Source: Sulfolobales archaeon Acd1 (lineage in GTDB: Archaea > Thermoproteota > Thermoprotei_A > Sulfolobales > Sulfolobaceae). From it: a DNA stretch of 24,000 bases. Location of the stretch: assembly GCA_000389735.1 (NCBI GenBank), contig APJY01000001.1, forward strand, positions 499,064-523,063, written 5' to 3'. The translations under genes were made by a program, and so were the position numbers. Below, piece by piece: positions 7,889 to 16,877 of the stretch. Within the stretch, counting starts at the first letter, position 1. Each line of letters starts with the position of its first letter. The notes under the pieces are model-generated. The model saw only the letters and a list, made by a program, of their open reading frames with translations. It ran no database searches and was not told the DNA's origin.

Positions 7889-8377
7889 ATGGAGGAACCG
7901 AGCGCTTCTGAAGAAGTGATACTCGACTTGGTGGACAAGAAGCTCCTGAACGAGCTCATGAGGAACGCGAGGACGAGCCTCAGGAGGCTGGCCGAGGAAA
8001 TGAGGGTCGCCCCGGCTACCTTGCACAACAGGATAGCGAAGCTGGAGAGGCTCGGGATCATAAAAGGCTTCACGGTGCTCGTGGACTTCCAGAAGCTGGG
8101 GTACAACCTGACGGCGGTCATCATGATAAAGGTCAACGGCAAGTACATCGTCGAAGTGGAGAAGGAGCTCGCTAAGTTCAACAACGTGATGGCCGTTTAC
8201 GACGTCGTGGGTGAGTACGACATAATAGTCGTCGCCAAGTTCAGGCAGATCGAGGAGCTAAACGACTTCCTAAAAGAGCTTCTGAAGAACCCGAAGATAG
8301 ACAGGACCCACACTAACATAGTACTCAACACCGTTAAGGAGGACCCCAGGCTCAGGGTCTTCGAAGGTATAAAGTGA
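7889..8377 (+). CDS. Lrp/AsnC-family transcriptional regulator
   Basis: N-terminal HTH ([50 protein letters not shown]) followed by a RAM/ACT-like domain. The ORF track starts at GTG 7859, which sits immediately next to the TATA box, so ATG 7889 (162 aa) is preferred. Confidence 0.85.
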   Translation: MEEPSASEEVILDLVDKKLLNELMRNARTSLRRLAEEMRVAPATLHNRIAKLERLGIIKGFTVLVDFQKLGYNLTAVIMIKVNGKYIVEVEKELAKFNNVMAVYDVVGEYDIIVVAKFRQIEELNDFLKELLKNPKIDRTHTNIVLNTVKEDPRLRVFEGIK

Positions 8378-8396
8378 TAGGGCTCGAGTTAGTGTA

Positions 8397-8413
8397 CCTC
8401 TTTAGGTCTTTTG
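8397..8413 (+). terminator. T-rich tract (CCTCTTTAGGTCTTTTG) downstream of the Lrp gene
   Basis: Oligo-T runs 20-35 nt after the stop codon. Archaeal RNAP terminates at oligo-T. No experimental support. Confidence 0.3.
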
Positions 8414-8434
8414 ATGAGTTCATGAACCGCAATC

Positions 8435-8445
8435 CTTATATTATA
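8435..8445 (+). promoter_or_regulatory. TATA-like box (CTTATATTATA) for the zinc-ribbon gene
   Basis: Centred about 38 nt upstream of ATG 8478, which predicts a short (about 12 nt) leader. Confidence 0.4.
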
Positions 8446-8477
8446 CGAGTGCGGGGGGAAGCAATAACCGTGGTATC

Positions 8478-8768
8478 ATGAGGTTTTGTCCTAAATGCGG
8501 CGGCTTAATGGTCCCCACCAAGAAGGACGGGAAGAAGTACCTTAAGTGCACCAAGTGCGGCTATGAAATGTCGTTGACTAAGAAGGAGAGGAAGGACCTC
8601 AAGGTTCAGGAGCAGATAAAGAACAACGTCATGACCACTTCATCGGTGAGCAACCTGAGCGAGAGAGGCCTCAACGAGGAGCAGTTGGCCCAGGAGAGGG
8701 AGGAGTACTACAAGGAGATAGGTCAGGAGCTCCTCCAGAGGGAGTTCGAAGGAGAGGAGGAGGAATAA
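8478..8768 (+). CDS. TFS/RpoM-like N-terminal zinc-ribbon protein with an acidic C-terminal tail (no C-terminal ribbon)
   Basis: 96 aa. MRFCPKCGGLMVP...LKCTKCGYE is the CxxC-x(n)-CxxC N-ribbon typical of TFS/Rpb9-type proteins. The rest is Lys/Glu-rich and ends in EGEEEE. No second Cys pair. Confidence 0.6.
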   Translation: MRFCPKCGGLMVPTKKDGKKYLKCTKCGYEMSLTKKERKDLKVQEQIKNNVMTTSSVSNLSERGLNEEQLAQEREEYYKEIGQELLQREFEGEEEE

Positions 8769-8803
8769 CAAATAAAACTCCGTACGACTCGTTCCCTTTA
8801 AGG

Positions 8804-9049
8804 ATGAAGGTAACCAACGTTGAAGCCAAGAGGGTTGTGAGGATTAAAGGCAAGGAACTCGTGGTCGAGGAGACCAGGAACGAGAAGGGAGAGAAAATAA
8901 TCGTAGTCAGGGCATTGAATAACGCGAAGCTGGCGAAGGAGGACGAGTATTGGCAGGACGACCTGAACAACGTGCAGAAGGTCACTATGAAGGAACTCAA
9001 CGACGAGCTCAGGAAGGTCCTGATGAGGGCCCTTAAGAACGAACTATAA
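8804..9049 (+). CDS. Hypothetical small protein (81 aa)
   Basis: ATG ORF with its own A-rich element (AACAAATAAAAC, 8767-8778) about 30 nt upstream. Lys/Glu-rich with no Cys. No family recognised. Confidence 0.45.
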   Translation: MKVTNVEAKRVVRIKGKELVVEETRNEKGEKIIVVRALNNAKLAKEDEYWQDDLNNVQKVTMKELNDELRKVLMRALKNEL

Positions 9050-9055
9050 ATCCAT

Positions 9056-9065
9056 GTTTTTAAAC
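9056..9065 (+). promoter_or_regulatory. TATA-like box (GTTTTTAAAC) for the radical SAM gene
   Basis: Centred about 30 nt upstream of TTG 9091, consistent with a leaderless or near-leaderless start at that TTG. Confidence 0.4.
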
Positions 9066-9090
9066 TGAAAGGTTTCTCAATTTCTACAGG

Positions 9091-10605
9091 TTGTCGCTCG
9101 ACCTCGACTTCGTCTTAACGACGGACCGCTGTCTCATGACCAACCACCACGGCAAGGAGTTCATAGGATTCATGGCGACCGGCCCCGCAGTGGGGATGCC
9201 GGAGCCGGTTTGGAAATGGATGGCCTGTCCCAAGATGAAGGTCGACGAGCACGGCAGGCCGTGGCAGGCCCCTTACGGCATGAGGAAGGTCGAGGCCGCG
9301 TTGCAGGACGCTGGCTTCAAGGCGGCGATAATCGACCCCGATCACATAGGTAAGTACTTGAAGAACGCGAAGGCCCTCATGTTCTCCCATCACGACTACT
9401 TCGCGTTCGGTCCTCCTTCATCCACGTGGTGGGCGATCACCAAGAAAGAGCCCGTGAACTACAAGAGCTTCGTGAGCCTCATCAGGAGGCCCGAGGTCAG
9501 GGAGGCCAAGGCCAGGGGAGTCAAGATAGTGGCGGGAGGGCCGGGGGTTTGGCAGTGGCTCTGGAGGACGGACTTAGCGGAGGAGGTGGGACTAGACACG
9601 ATAATCGACGGAGAGGGCGAGAAAGCGGTAGTGGAAATAGCGAAGAAGATAATCGAAGGGGAGCCCCTGCCTAGCTACGTTTACGTAGGCGCTGAGGACG
9701 CGCCGAGCGTCGATGAAATCCCCGTAATCAAGGGGGCCAGCGTGAACGGACTAATCGAGATCATGAGGGGGTGTGCGAGGTCCTGCAGGTTCTGTTCAGT
9801 GACGCTGAGACCGACCAGGTACTACCCGCTCGACAAGATAGAGCAGGAACTCATGGTCAATTACAGGGCGGGGGTAAGGCACGGGGTAATCCACTCCGAC
9901 GACGTCCTGTTCTACGGCGCTTCGGGGATCTATCCCAGGCCTGAACCCCTAATTAAGCTCCACAAGCTTGTAAAGAAGTATTACAAGACTATCGCGTGGA
10001 GCCACGCCAGCCTCGCCGCGATTAAGTACGCCGAGGAGAAGTACGGACTCATCTCCAAAATCACCGAAATAGTATACGAAGACGGAAACCAGAACTACTT
10101 GGGCGTCGAGGTCGGGATCGAAACAGGGTCAGTGAGGCTGGCCAAGGAGATAATGCCGGCCAAGTCCTCCCCGTTCAAGCCGGAGGACTACCCTCAGATA
10201 GTGGAGGACGCCTTCAGGATAATGCACGAGCACCACATCATCCCCGCGGGAACCATGATAATCAACCTGCCCGACGAGAGGGAGGATGACGTCAGGGCGA
10301 CCATAGAGCTCGTGGATAGGCTGAAGGATTACAGGAGCATCCTCGTGCCCATGATGTTCGTCCCGTTGGGCTACCTAAAGAACAGGGACTGGGTGGACAG
10401 ACTGAAGCTGAAGGAGTCCCACGTTGAGTTGTACAAGAAGGTCTTCTGGCACAACGTCAGGTGGGCTGAGGACATGCTGAGTACGTTCTACTTGAGGGGT
10501 CCGCTCTACGCCCCGCTCAGGATGACCCTGAAGCTGTTCCTGAGGTACGCGAAGAGACAAATGAAGAGGATTGAGGCCTACCTGGAGAGCAAGATGAAGC
10601 AGTGA
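9091..10605 (+). CDS. Radical SAM enzyme with an N-terminal Rossmann/B12-binding-like domain; function unknown
   Basis: 504 aa. Cluster motif [12 protein letters not shown] (C-x3-C-x2-C). N-terminal roughly 210 aa has alternating strand/helix character ([17 protein letters not shown]). No further Cys-rich auxiliary-cluster motifs. Confidence 0.8.
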   Translation: MSLDLDFVLTTDRCLMTNHHGKEFIGFMATGPAVGMPEPVWKWMACPKMKVDEHGRPWQAPYGMRKVEAALQDAGFKAAIIDPDHIGKYLKNAKALMFSHHDYFAFGPPSSTWWAITKKEPVNYKSFVSLIRRPEVREAKARGVKIVAGGPGVWQWLWRTDLAEEVGLDTIIDGEGEKAVVEIAKKIIEGEPLPSYVYVGAEDAPSVDEIPVIKGASVNGLIEIMRGCARSCRFCSVTLRPTRYYPLDKIEQELMVNYRAGVRHGVIHSDDVLFYGASGIYPRPEPLIKLHKLVKKYYKTIAWSHASLAAIKYAEEKYGLISKITEIVYEDGNQNYLGVEVGIETGSVRLAKEIMPAKSSPFKPEDYPQIVEDAFRIMHEHHIIPAGTMIINLPDEREDDVRATIELVDRLKDYRSILVPMMFVPLGYLKNRDWVDRLKLKESHVELYKKVFWHNVRWAEDMLSTFYLRGPLYAPLRMTLKLFLRYAKRQMKRIEAYLESKMKQ

Positions 10606-10606
10606 A

Positions 10607-10620
10607 TTTTTCACCTTTTG
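10607..10620 (+). terminator. Oligo-T tract (TTTTTCACCTTTTG) right after the radical SAM stop
   Basis: T5 and T4 runs begin 2 nt after TGA 10603-10605 and overlap the convergent serS stop (10611-10613). Confidence 0.3.
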
Positions 10621-11981
10621 ACGTTCCTCGGCCTTATGTAATCCTTCGGGGCCTTGGGGAAGATCTCCAAGTACTTCCTCAAAACCTTAGGCACCTCCAC
10701 CGAGCCGTCGTCCGTCTGGTAGTTCTCGAGGATGGCGGTTATCGTCCTGGTGCTAGCCACAGCCGTGCTGTTGAGGGTGTGAACGAAGCCCTTCCTCTTG
10801 GCCTTCGGGTCGTTGAACCTTATCCCGAGCCTGTAGGCCTGCCAGTCCGTGCAGTTGCTCGCGCTCACCATCTCCCTGAACTTCCCCTGTGCAGGCATCC
10901 AGACCTCCAAGTCGTACTTCTTGGCCGCACAAGCCCCTAAGTCGCCTGAGGCTATGTTGACCACTCTATAAGGTAGGCCCAAGCCTTGAAAGATCTCCTC
11001 AGCATTCCTTATCAGTTCCTCGTGAAGGATCCAGCTGTCCTCCGGCATGGAGAATATGAACTGCTCGACCTTGTGGAACTGGTGAACCCTGAATATCCCC
11101 TTGAGGTCCTTGTTGGCGGCCCCAGCCTCCTTCCTGAAGGCCGGACTGATGCCCACTATCTTCATGGGTAGATCGTCCTTGTTTATCGTCTCCTTATAGT
11201 ACAAAGCCGCTATCGGGTGCTCGGCGGTGGCTATGAGATAGAGGTCTTCTCCCTCGATCTTGTAGATGGCGTCCTTGAAAGTGGCCAGATCGATAACGGC
11301 CGAAATGACCTCCCCCCTGAGCATGTAGGGTGGAAGGACGAGGGTATAACCCTTCTGAGTCATGACGTCAATAGCGTAAAGCAGCAGGGCGAAGTCCAGC
11401 CAAACTATGTCGTCGAACAAGTAATAGAACCTGGAGCCCGCGACCTCTCCCGCCTTCAGGGTGTTCCCCAGCCTCAGCACCTCCTCCAGCTCCTCTGCGT
11501 GGCCGAAGGGTCTCTTGTCTATCACTGTGTAGTCCGCCTGAAGGCCGCCCAGCCCGGACTTGAAGGCCTCGACGTCGTCCTTATAGACCTTGAAACGGCC
11601 CCAAACCCTTATGGGCTTGTTGTATGTATCGTCCGGCCCTATCGGGACTGTCTCGTGGACGAAGTTCGGCAGGCTCCTCAACACCTCGTCCCTCTGTCTC
11701 TCTATCTCCTCGAGCTCCCTCTCCTTGGCCTCCAACGTCTGTAACAACTCCTTGGCCTTCTCCTTCAGGGCCTCCTGCTCCTCCGGCTTCGCCCTAGCCA
11801 CCTTTTGGCTGATCACGTTGTGTTCGTGCCTCAGCCTGTCTACCTCCTTCTGTATCTCTCTCCACTTCCTGTCCAACTCTACAGCCTTATCCGCTAAGTC
11901 GGTGGGCAAGAAACGCTTCTTCAAGGATTCCCTAAGGACGTCAGGGTTCTTCCTTACGGCCTCCAGTAAGCTCCAGGACAC
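10611..11981 (-). CDS. serS: Seryl-tRNA synthetase
   Basis: 456 aa. N-terminal coiled-coil arm. Class II motifs FRKEAG and [27 protein letters not shown], plus [23 protein letters not shown] start lies about 25 nt downstream of a TATA-like AATATAGG (12010..12003). Confidence 0.95.
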   Translation of the reverse strand: MSWSLLEAVRKNPDVLRESLKKRFLPTDLADKAVELDRKWREIQKEVDRLRHEHNVISQKVARAKPEEQEALKEKAKELLQTLEAKERELEEIERQRDEVLRSLPNFVHETVPIGPDDTYNKPIRVWGRFKVYKDDVEAFKSGLGGLQADYTVIDKRPFGHAEELEEVLRLGNTLKAGEVAGSRFYYLFDDIVWLDFALLLYAIDVMTQKGYTLVLPPYMLRGEVISAVIDLATFKDAIYKIEGEDLYLIATAEHPIAALYYKETINKDDLPMKIVGISPAFRKEAGAANKDLKGIFRVHQFHKVEQFIFSMPEDSWILHEELIRNAEEIFQGLGLPYRVVNIASGDLGACAAKKYDLEVWMPAQGKFREMVSASNCTDWQAYRLGIRFNDPKAKRKGFVHTLNSTAVASTRTITAILENYQTDDGSVEVPKVLRKYLEIFPKAPKDYIRPRNVKR

Positions 11982-12008
11982 GGGTTAAGGAAAAACACCT
12001 TTCCTATA

Positions 12009-12395
12009 TTATTGCTGATCTGAGACGGGCATACCGTAAGTCTGAACCCACATCTCCACTATGTCGTAGCCGTACATCTGCTTGAACTTCTCCCTACCCT
12101 GCGGGGTCATCATGAGAGGGGTCCACTGCTTTTCTATGTCTATGTCGACCTGAACGCTCTTAGCCGGCACCGTCTCCCTGACCACCTGTTCAACCGTGTA
12201 GATGAGGTCGTCAACCACGGGGCACCCAGGCGCAGTTAGTCCCATCCTTATGTAAACGTCGCCCTCATCGCTTATGTTGAGCTCGTAAATGAGACCGAGG
12301 TTGACGATGTCCACCGGTATCTCAGGGTCGTAGACCTGCGTTAACGCGTCCATCAGTTTCTTCTTCCATTCCTCCTTTTCCTGAGGGGTCAGCAT
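12009..12395 (-). CDS. DUF59 / MIP18-family Fe-S cluster assembly protein (SufT/PaaD-like)
   Basis: 128 aa. Signature VYDPEIPVDIVNLGLIY and LTAPGCPV. Own TATA-like CTTTATTAAGTATT (12435..12422) upstream. Confidence 0.8.
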   Translation of the reverse strand: MLTPQEKEEWKKKLMDALTQVYDPEIPVDIVNLGLIYELNISDEGDVYIRMGLTAPGCPVVDDLIYTVEQVVRETVPAKSVQVDIDIEKQWTPLMMTPQGREKFKQMYGYDIVEMWVQTYGMPVSDQQ

Positions 12396-12451
12396 ACTTT
12401 AACCGGGTTTATGGTTGTGTTCAATACTTAATAAAGGGAGGTTTAGAGCTA

Positions 12452-12832
12452 TCAGGTTTTGCCCTGGACCACTTCCTCGGCAGTCCTGTAAAAACAGCTC
12501 CTGTTGCCCGTGTGGCAGGTTGGGCCGTGGGGCCTAACTTTAACAATCAGGGCGTCGTTGTCGCAGTCAACCCTTACCTCCACTACCTCATGGATATGGC
12601 CACTGGTCTCGCCCTTCATCCAGAGCCTCTTCCTCGAGAGGGAATAGAGGTGAAGGAGTCCGGTAGTCAAGGTCTTTATTACGGCCTCCCTGTTCATGCT
12701 CCCTACCATCAGTACCTCCTTGTCAGATGCGTCCTGGACCACCGCTATGACGGTTGAGTCGGTGTGCCTATACCACAGGGAGTCCGCCAACCTCGTCGCC
12801 TCCTCGAGGCTCATCCTCACTTCCTCAACCAC
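12452..12832 (-). CDS. hisI: Phosphoribosyl-AMP cyclohydrolase
   Basis: 126 aa. Contains [26 protein letters not shown] and [13 protein letters not shown]. Alternative ATG start at 12814. Confidence 0.9.
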   Translation of the reverse strand: MVEEVRMSLEEATRLADSLWYRHTDSTVIAVVQDASDKEVLMVGSMNREAVIKTLTTGLLHLYSLSRKRLWMKGETSGHIHEVVEVRVDCDNDALIVKVRPHGPTCHTGNRSCFYRTAEEVVQGKT

Positions 12833-13407
12833 CTCGCCACGTTCCTCAGGAATGCCTCCCCTGCCCTCGAGCTCTTCTCGGGATGGAACTGCGTCCCGAC
12901 GGAGAACTCGTTACAGACCACCGCGGGGTACTCGACGCCGTAGTAAGAAACCGCCGCTGCCCTCTCGGGAGTGTATGCCACGTAGGAGTGGACGTAGTAG
13001 AAGTACTGGCCGTCTATCCCTTCGGTCAACTCGCACCATCCTAAGTCCCTTACCGTCTCCCACCCTATGTGGGGCAACTTCACGTCCCCCCTTATCCTGT
13101 CCACTAGTCCTCTGTACCACCCTAGGCCCCCGTGAATCCCTCCCTCAGTCCCCTTCTCGAACATCACCTGCATGCCCAGGCATATCCCCAGGAACTTAGC
13201 TCCCCTCTTCCTGGCTTCCTCTATTTGATCCCTCTTCCTCTCCAGGAAGTCGGCTACAGCGGAGAAGGAGCCCACGCCAGGGAAGACTATTAGGTCGTAC
13301 TCAGGCTTGATTTCGCTCGATATCTCGACCTCGAAGCCCACCCTCCTTAAGCCCCCAATTATGCTGTACTTGTTGCCCACTCCGTAGTTCACTACCAGGG
13401 CTCTCAT
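12817..13407 (-). CDS. hisH: Imidazole glycerol phosphate synthase, glutamine amidotransferase subunit
   Basis: 196 aa. Class I GATase triad context GICLGMQ and QFHPEKS. Confidence 0.9.
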   Translation of the reverse strand: MRALVVNYGVGNKYSIIGGLRRVGFEVEISSEIKPEYDLIVFPGVGSFSAVADFLERKRDQIEEARKRGAKFLGICLGMQVMFEKGTEGGIHGGLGWYRGLVDRIRGDVKLPHIGWETVRDLGWCELTEGIDGQYFYYVHSYVAYTPERAAAVSYYGVEYPAVVCNEFSVGTQFHPEKSSRAGEAFLRNVARWLRK

Positions 13408-13706
13408 TTCATCCTCCTCCTGAGCTCCTCCATAACGTCGTCCAACGTTATCCCGGAGTCAGCGAGCATCACGAGCCAGTGATATATTAGGTCAGCCGAC
13501 TCGCTGATCACCCTCTCTTTAGTTTCGGCCAGATAGGCCACCGTCGTCTCCACAGCCTCCTCTCCTACCTTCTGGGCTATGTAGGGCTTGCCCTTAGCGA
13601 ACAGCTTCGCCGTGTAGCTTCCCTCCGGCATTGTCCTCTTCCTCTCCAGTATCACCTCGTAAAGCCTGTAAAGCACCTCACAGGAATCGCTTGGCAACGC
13701 TCTCAC
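13404..13706 (-). CDS. hisE: Phosphoribosyl-ATP pyrophosphatase
   Basis: Contains PEGSYTAKLF, KVGEEAVET and ESADLIYHWLVML. Alternative GTG start at 13676, 1 nt after the hisD stop, would give 91 aa. Confidence 0.9.
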   Translation of the reverse strand: MRALPSDSCEVLYRLYEVILERKRTMPEGSYTAKLFAKGKPYIAQKVGEEAVETTVAYLAETKERVISESADLIYHWLVMLADSGITLDDVMEELRRRMK

Positions 13707-14871
13707 CGTGAACCCTGAAGCCCTCCAGGTTAGCTACTTCCACCGCGCTCTCCACTACTTCCTTCGAGGGGGATTCCGCAACGGCGACCATGACCGGCTT
13801 GAGGAACTCGTACACCGTAAGCCCTCCCTTGAACCTCGCCCAGCCGTTGGTCGGCAGTATGTGGTTCGGCCCAGCTGAGTAATCTATTAAGGCCGGAGGG
13901 GTCTTACCCAACGTCACTGCCCCCGAATTGTTAACGAGGTTTAGGGCCTGGTACGGGTTCGAGACGTGGAGGGACAGGTGCTCTGGAGCTATGGAGTTCG
14001 CCAGCTCGATCGCCTCGTTCAAGTCCTTAACGACCTTCAAGTAATACGTGAAGTCATCGTTCGTTAAAGCATCCGCCACCCTCTTGGCTAGCCCCTCGTC
14101 CGTGGTTATCAGGACTACGTAGGAGGTCTTCCCGTGCTCGGCCTGTGCCCTCATGTCCAACACGACCTCCTCAGGATTAGCGGAGGAGTCCGCTATCACC
14201 ACGAGCTCGGTGGGCCCCTCTATCCCGTCGATTCCGACGTATTGCGACACTAGGTACTTGGCCGCTTGAACGTAAACGTTTCCGGGCCCCACGATCTTGT
14301 CGACCTTCTTCACGCTCTCTGTACCGAAGGCGAGGGCCGCTATGGCCTGGGCTCCGCCGACCGTGTAGAGTTCCTTCACTCCCACCTTTAAGGCCGAGTA
14401 AGCTATGACGGGGTTCAGCCCCGATCTCGAGGGAGGTGTGGCCACGTATATCTCCTTAACCCCCGCGACCTTCGCGGTGACTCCGGCCATCAGTAAAGTG
14501 GAAGGGTAAGACTTGGCCCCTCCCGGGACGTAAATGCCGACCCTCTCGATCGGCCTCCAAAGCACGCCCCACTTGATCCCTCTCCTGCTACCCCATGTGA
14601 TCGGAGGCCTTATGGAATCCTGGAAGGCCCATATCTGGTCGAACATGACGTCTATAGCCCTCATGGCCGCCCCTGGGAGCGACGAGGCCATGGACTCCAG
14701 CTCCTCACTCTTGACCGCTATCTTCGAGAGCTTCACCCCGTCTAACCTCTCCGTGAGCTCCAGTAAGGCCCTGTCACCTTCCCTCCTCACCTTCTCCACT
14801 ATCTCCCTGACGACGTCAATGACCTTACCGAAGTCGTTCGGCCTCTCCTTGGGTAGATCTAGGGAGATCAT
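13678..14871 (-). CDS. hisD: Histidinol dehydrogenase
   Basis: 397 aa. Contains [25 protein letters not shown] and [10 protein letters not shown]. Confidence 0.95.
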   Translation of the reverse strand: MISLDLPKERPNDFGKVIDVVREIVEKVRREGDRALLELTERLDGVKLSKIAVKSEELESMASSLPGAAMRAIDVMFDQIWAFQDSIRPPITWGSRRGIKWGVLWRPIERVGIYVPGGAKSYPSTLLMAGVTAKVAGVKEIYVATPPSRSGLNPVIAYSALKVGVKELYTVGGAQAIAALAFGTESVKKVDKIVGPGNVYVQAAKYLVSQYVGIDGIEGPTELVVIADSSANPEEVVLDMRAQAEHGKTSYVVLITTDEGLAKRVADALTNDDFTYYLKVVKDLNEAIELANSIAPEHLSLHVSNPYQALNLVNNSGAVTLGKTPPALIDYSAGPNHILPTNGWARFKGGLTVYEFLKPVMVAVAESPSKEVVESAVEVANLEGFRVHGESVAKRFL

Positions 14872-15623
14872 AGCCTCACCTCCACGCCGTTCTTCTTGAG
14901 GTAAGACTTCAGCTCAGGGATCCTGATCAGGCCCTCGTGGAAGACCCCCGCGGCGAGGGCGGCGTCGGCCTCAGTCCTCTCGAAGACCTCAAGGAAATGC
15001 CTCATCTCCCCGGCTCCCCCGCTCGCGATTACGGGGATCCTGACCGCTCTGGACACAGCTTCGGTAAGCTCGATGTCGTAGCCCATCCTCGTACCGTCCC
15101 TGTCTATGCTCGTCAACAGTATCTCCCCGGCTCCCAAGGCCTCCACCTCCCTGGCCCAGGCGACTGCCTCCAAGCCCGTGTCCTGAGTCCCGGACCTCAC
15201 GAAAACCCTGAACGAGTTCCCGACCCTCTTGGCGTCTATCGCTACCACCAAGGCCTGTCTTCCGAACTGGTCGGCGATCTGGGTTATGAGCCCCTTGTTC
15301 TCCACTGCGGCGGTATTGACGGAGACCTTATCGGCGCCGCTGTCGAAGGCCTTTTCGGCGTCCTGGAGGCTCCTTATCCCTCCCCCCACGGTGAGAGGTA
15401 CGCTGATCACCTCAGCCGTTTGTCTCACCTTCTCGAAGAGGGTCTTCCTTCCCTCGACGGTGGCGCTTATGTCCAGGAACACTATTTCGTCGGCCCCCTC
15501 CTCCTCATATCTAGAGGCCAGCTCCACCGGATCCCCCTTGTCCTTGAGGTTGAGGAAGTTCACCCCCTTCACTACTCTGCCGTCCTTGACGTCGAGGCAC
15601 GGGATTATCCTCTTGGCCGTCAT
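14868..15623 (-). CDS. hisF: Imidazole glycerol phosphate synthase, cyclase subunit
   Basis: 251 aa. N-terminal [20 protein letters not shown]. Two phosphate-binding half-barrel repeats (GGGIR, SGGAG). Confidence 0.95.
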   Translation of the reverse strand: MTAKRIIPCLDVKDGRVVKGVNFLNLKDKGDPVELASRYEEEGADEIVFLDISATVEGRKTLFEKVRQTAEVISVPLTVGGGIRSLQDAEKAFDSGADKVSVNTAAVENKGLITQIADQFGRQALVVAIDAKRVGNSFRVFVRSGTQDTGLEAVAWAREVEALGAGEILLTSIDRDGTRMGYDIELTEAVSRAVRIPVIASGGAGEMRHFLEVFERTEADAALAAGVFHEGLIRIPELKSYLKKNGVEVRL

Positions 15624-16201
15624 AGAGATCCCTTCAGGCTGGGAACTCCTTGACCCTCTAACCTGAAGGCGTCCCTGAGGGCCAGGCCCAAAGCCTTAAA
15701 GGACGCCTCCAGGATGTGGTGCGAGTTCTCCCCACTGACCTGCCTCACGTGAACCGTTATCCCCGAGTTGTAAGCGAAGGACTGAATGAAGTGTTTCGCG
15801 TTCTCCACTGAGAGCTTCCCCACCGAGTCCCTGCTTATCCTCCACTTAACGAACGCCATTCCCCTGCCGCTGACGTCCACAGCTACCTGAACCAAGGCCT
15901 CGTCCATAGGAACTGTCCTGTCTGCGAACCTCGCTATCCCCTTCTTGTCGCCCAAGGCGTCCTTTACAGCCTGCCCCAGGGTTATCGCCACGTCCTCGAC
16001 GACGTGATGATCGTCGAAGCCCCTCAAGTCCTCCGCGTGGACCTTAGCGTCGGCCCCCATGTAAAAGAGCATGCTCTCCAGGAGGTGGTTGAGGAAGGGC
16101 ACCGGAGTGTCTACCTTAACGTTCCCGTTGCCGTCCAGGCTAATCTCTACCTCGACAATCGTCTCCTTGGTCTCCCGTCTGACCTTGCTATACCTCGACA
16201 A
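15620..16201 (-). CDS. hisB: Imidazoleglycerol-phosphate dehydratase
   Basis: 193 aa. Contains [30 protein letters not shown] and [12 protein letters not shown]. Confidence 0.95.
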   Translation of the reverse strand: MSRYSKVRRETKETIVEVEISLDGNGNVKVDTPVPFLNHLLESMLFYMGADAKVHAEDLRGFDDHHVVEDVAITLGQAVKDALGDKKGIARFADRTVPMDEALVQVAVDVSGRGMAFVKWRISRDSVGKLSVENAKHFIQSFAYNSGITVHVRQVSGENSHHILEASFKALGLALRDAFRLEGQGVPSLKGSL

Positions 16202-16877
16202 TCCCCCTCACCTTCCCAGTGTAGAATGACATCCCCACCACAGCGAAGTTGAAGCCCATTGCCTTAAGCTTCAACAGATCCTCAAGTCCGCCTATCCCTC
16301 CGGCGTACTCCTTTATTCCCTCAACCAAAGCCGCCCACTTTCCGGCGTTCTCGTCTATCCCTCCGGAAGTCCCCTCCCTGTCGACGTAAGTGAAGATCAC
16401 TCCTTTGATTCCCCTCAGGCTCCTGAGGGCGTCGTTCAAGGTCAAGGACCTCTCCTTCCACCCCTTTATCAGGACGTAACCCTGGGAATCGTAATCTAAG
16501 GAGACCAACACCTTATCGCCCCCCAAGGAATCGATTATTTTATAGAACTCGTCGGGCCTGGTGAAGGGCAGAGTGCTCATTATCACGGCCGAAGCCCCCG
16601 CCCTGAGGAGCTCAGAGGCCCTCTCGAGGCTTCTAACCCCTCCTCCGACCTGGAGCCAGTCGAAGCCCACCTTAGCTATCTCCCTTAACTTGTCGGAGTT
16701 GTTCCCGGTCCCCTCCGCGCCGTCGAGGTCGACCACGTGTAATTGTCTGTAGCCCATAGAGTAAATCTCCTCAGCCACCTTCAGCGGGTCGCCGAGTACT
16801 AGGCCCGTCCCTTTGACTCCCTTCACCCTCTTGACGGCTTTCCCCTCGCTTATGTCGACACTGGGTATGACCTTCAC
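16188..16877 (-). CDS. hisA: ProFAR isomerase (1-(5-phosphoribosyl)-5-[(5-phosphoribosylamino)methylideneamino]imidazole-4-carboxamide isomerase)
   Basis: 229 aa. N-terminal VIPSVDISEGKAVKRVKG. HisA/HisF-type barrel (VGGGVRS). Position between hisG and hisB. Confidence 0.9.
   Translation of the reverse strand: MKVIPSVDISEGKAVKRVKGVKGTGLVLGDPLKVAEEIYSMGYRQLHVVDLDGAEGTGNNSDKLREIAKVGFDWLQVGGGVRSLERASELLRAGASAVIMSTLPFTRPDEFYKIIDSLGGDKVLVSLDYDSQGYVLIKGWKERSLTLNDALRSLRGIKGVIFTYVDREGTSGGIDENAGKWAALVEGIKEYAGGIGGLEDLLKLKAMGFNFAVVGMSFYTGKVRGIVEV

Noticed and set aside
8412-8477. C-box-like TGATGAG (8412-8418) in the lrp / Zn-ribbon intergenic region, possibly a C/D box sRNA.
   Set aside because: There is no CTGA D or D' box anywhere in the following 60 nt and no terminal stem. 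The region is better explained as terminator plus promoter.
8804-9049. The 81-aa ORF upstream of the radical SAM gene as a RiPP precursor peptide.
   Set aside because: The peptide has no Cys and no obvious core or leader organisation. It is long for a precursor. A separate TATA-like box (9056-9065) lies between it and the radical SAM gene, suggesting independent transcription.
9021-9068. TGATGAG (9021-9027) and CTGA (9065-9068) about 44 nt apart, at the spacing of a C/D box sRNA.
   Set aside because: There are no internal C'/D' boxes. The flanks (GTCC / AAGG) cannot form the terminal stem. The C-like box lies in the coding sequence of ORF81, and the CTGA lies inside the TATA-proximal region of the radical SAM gene.
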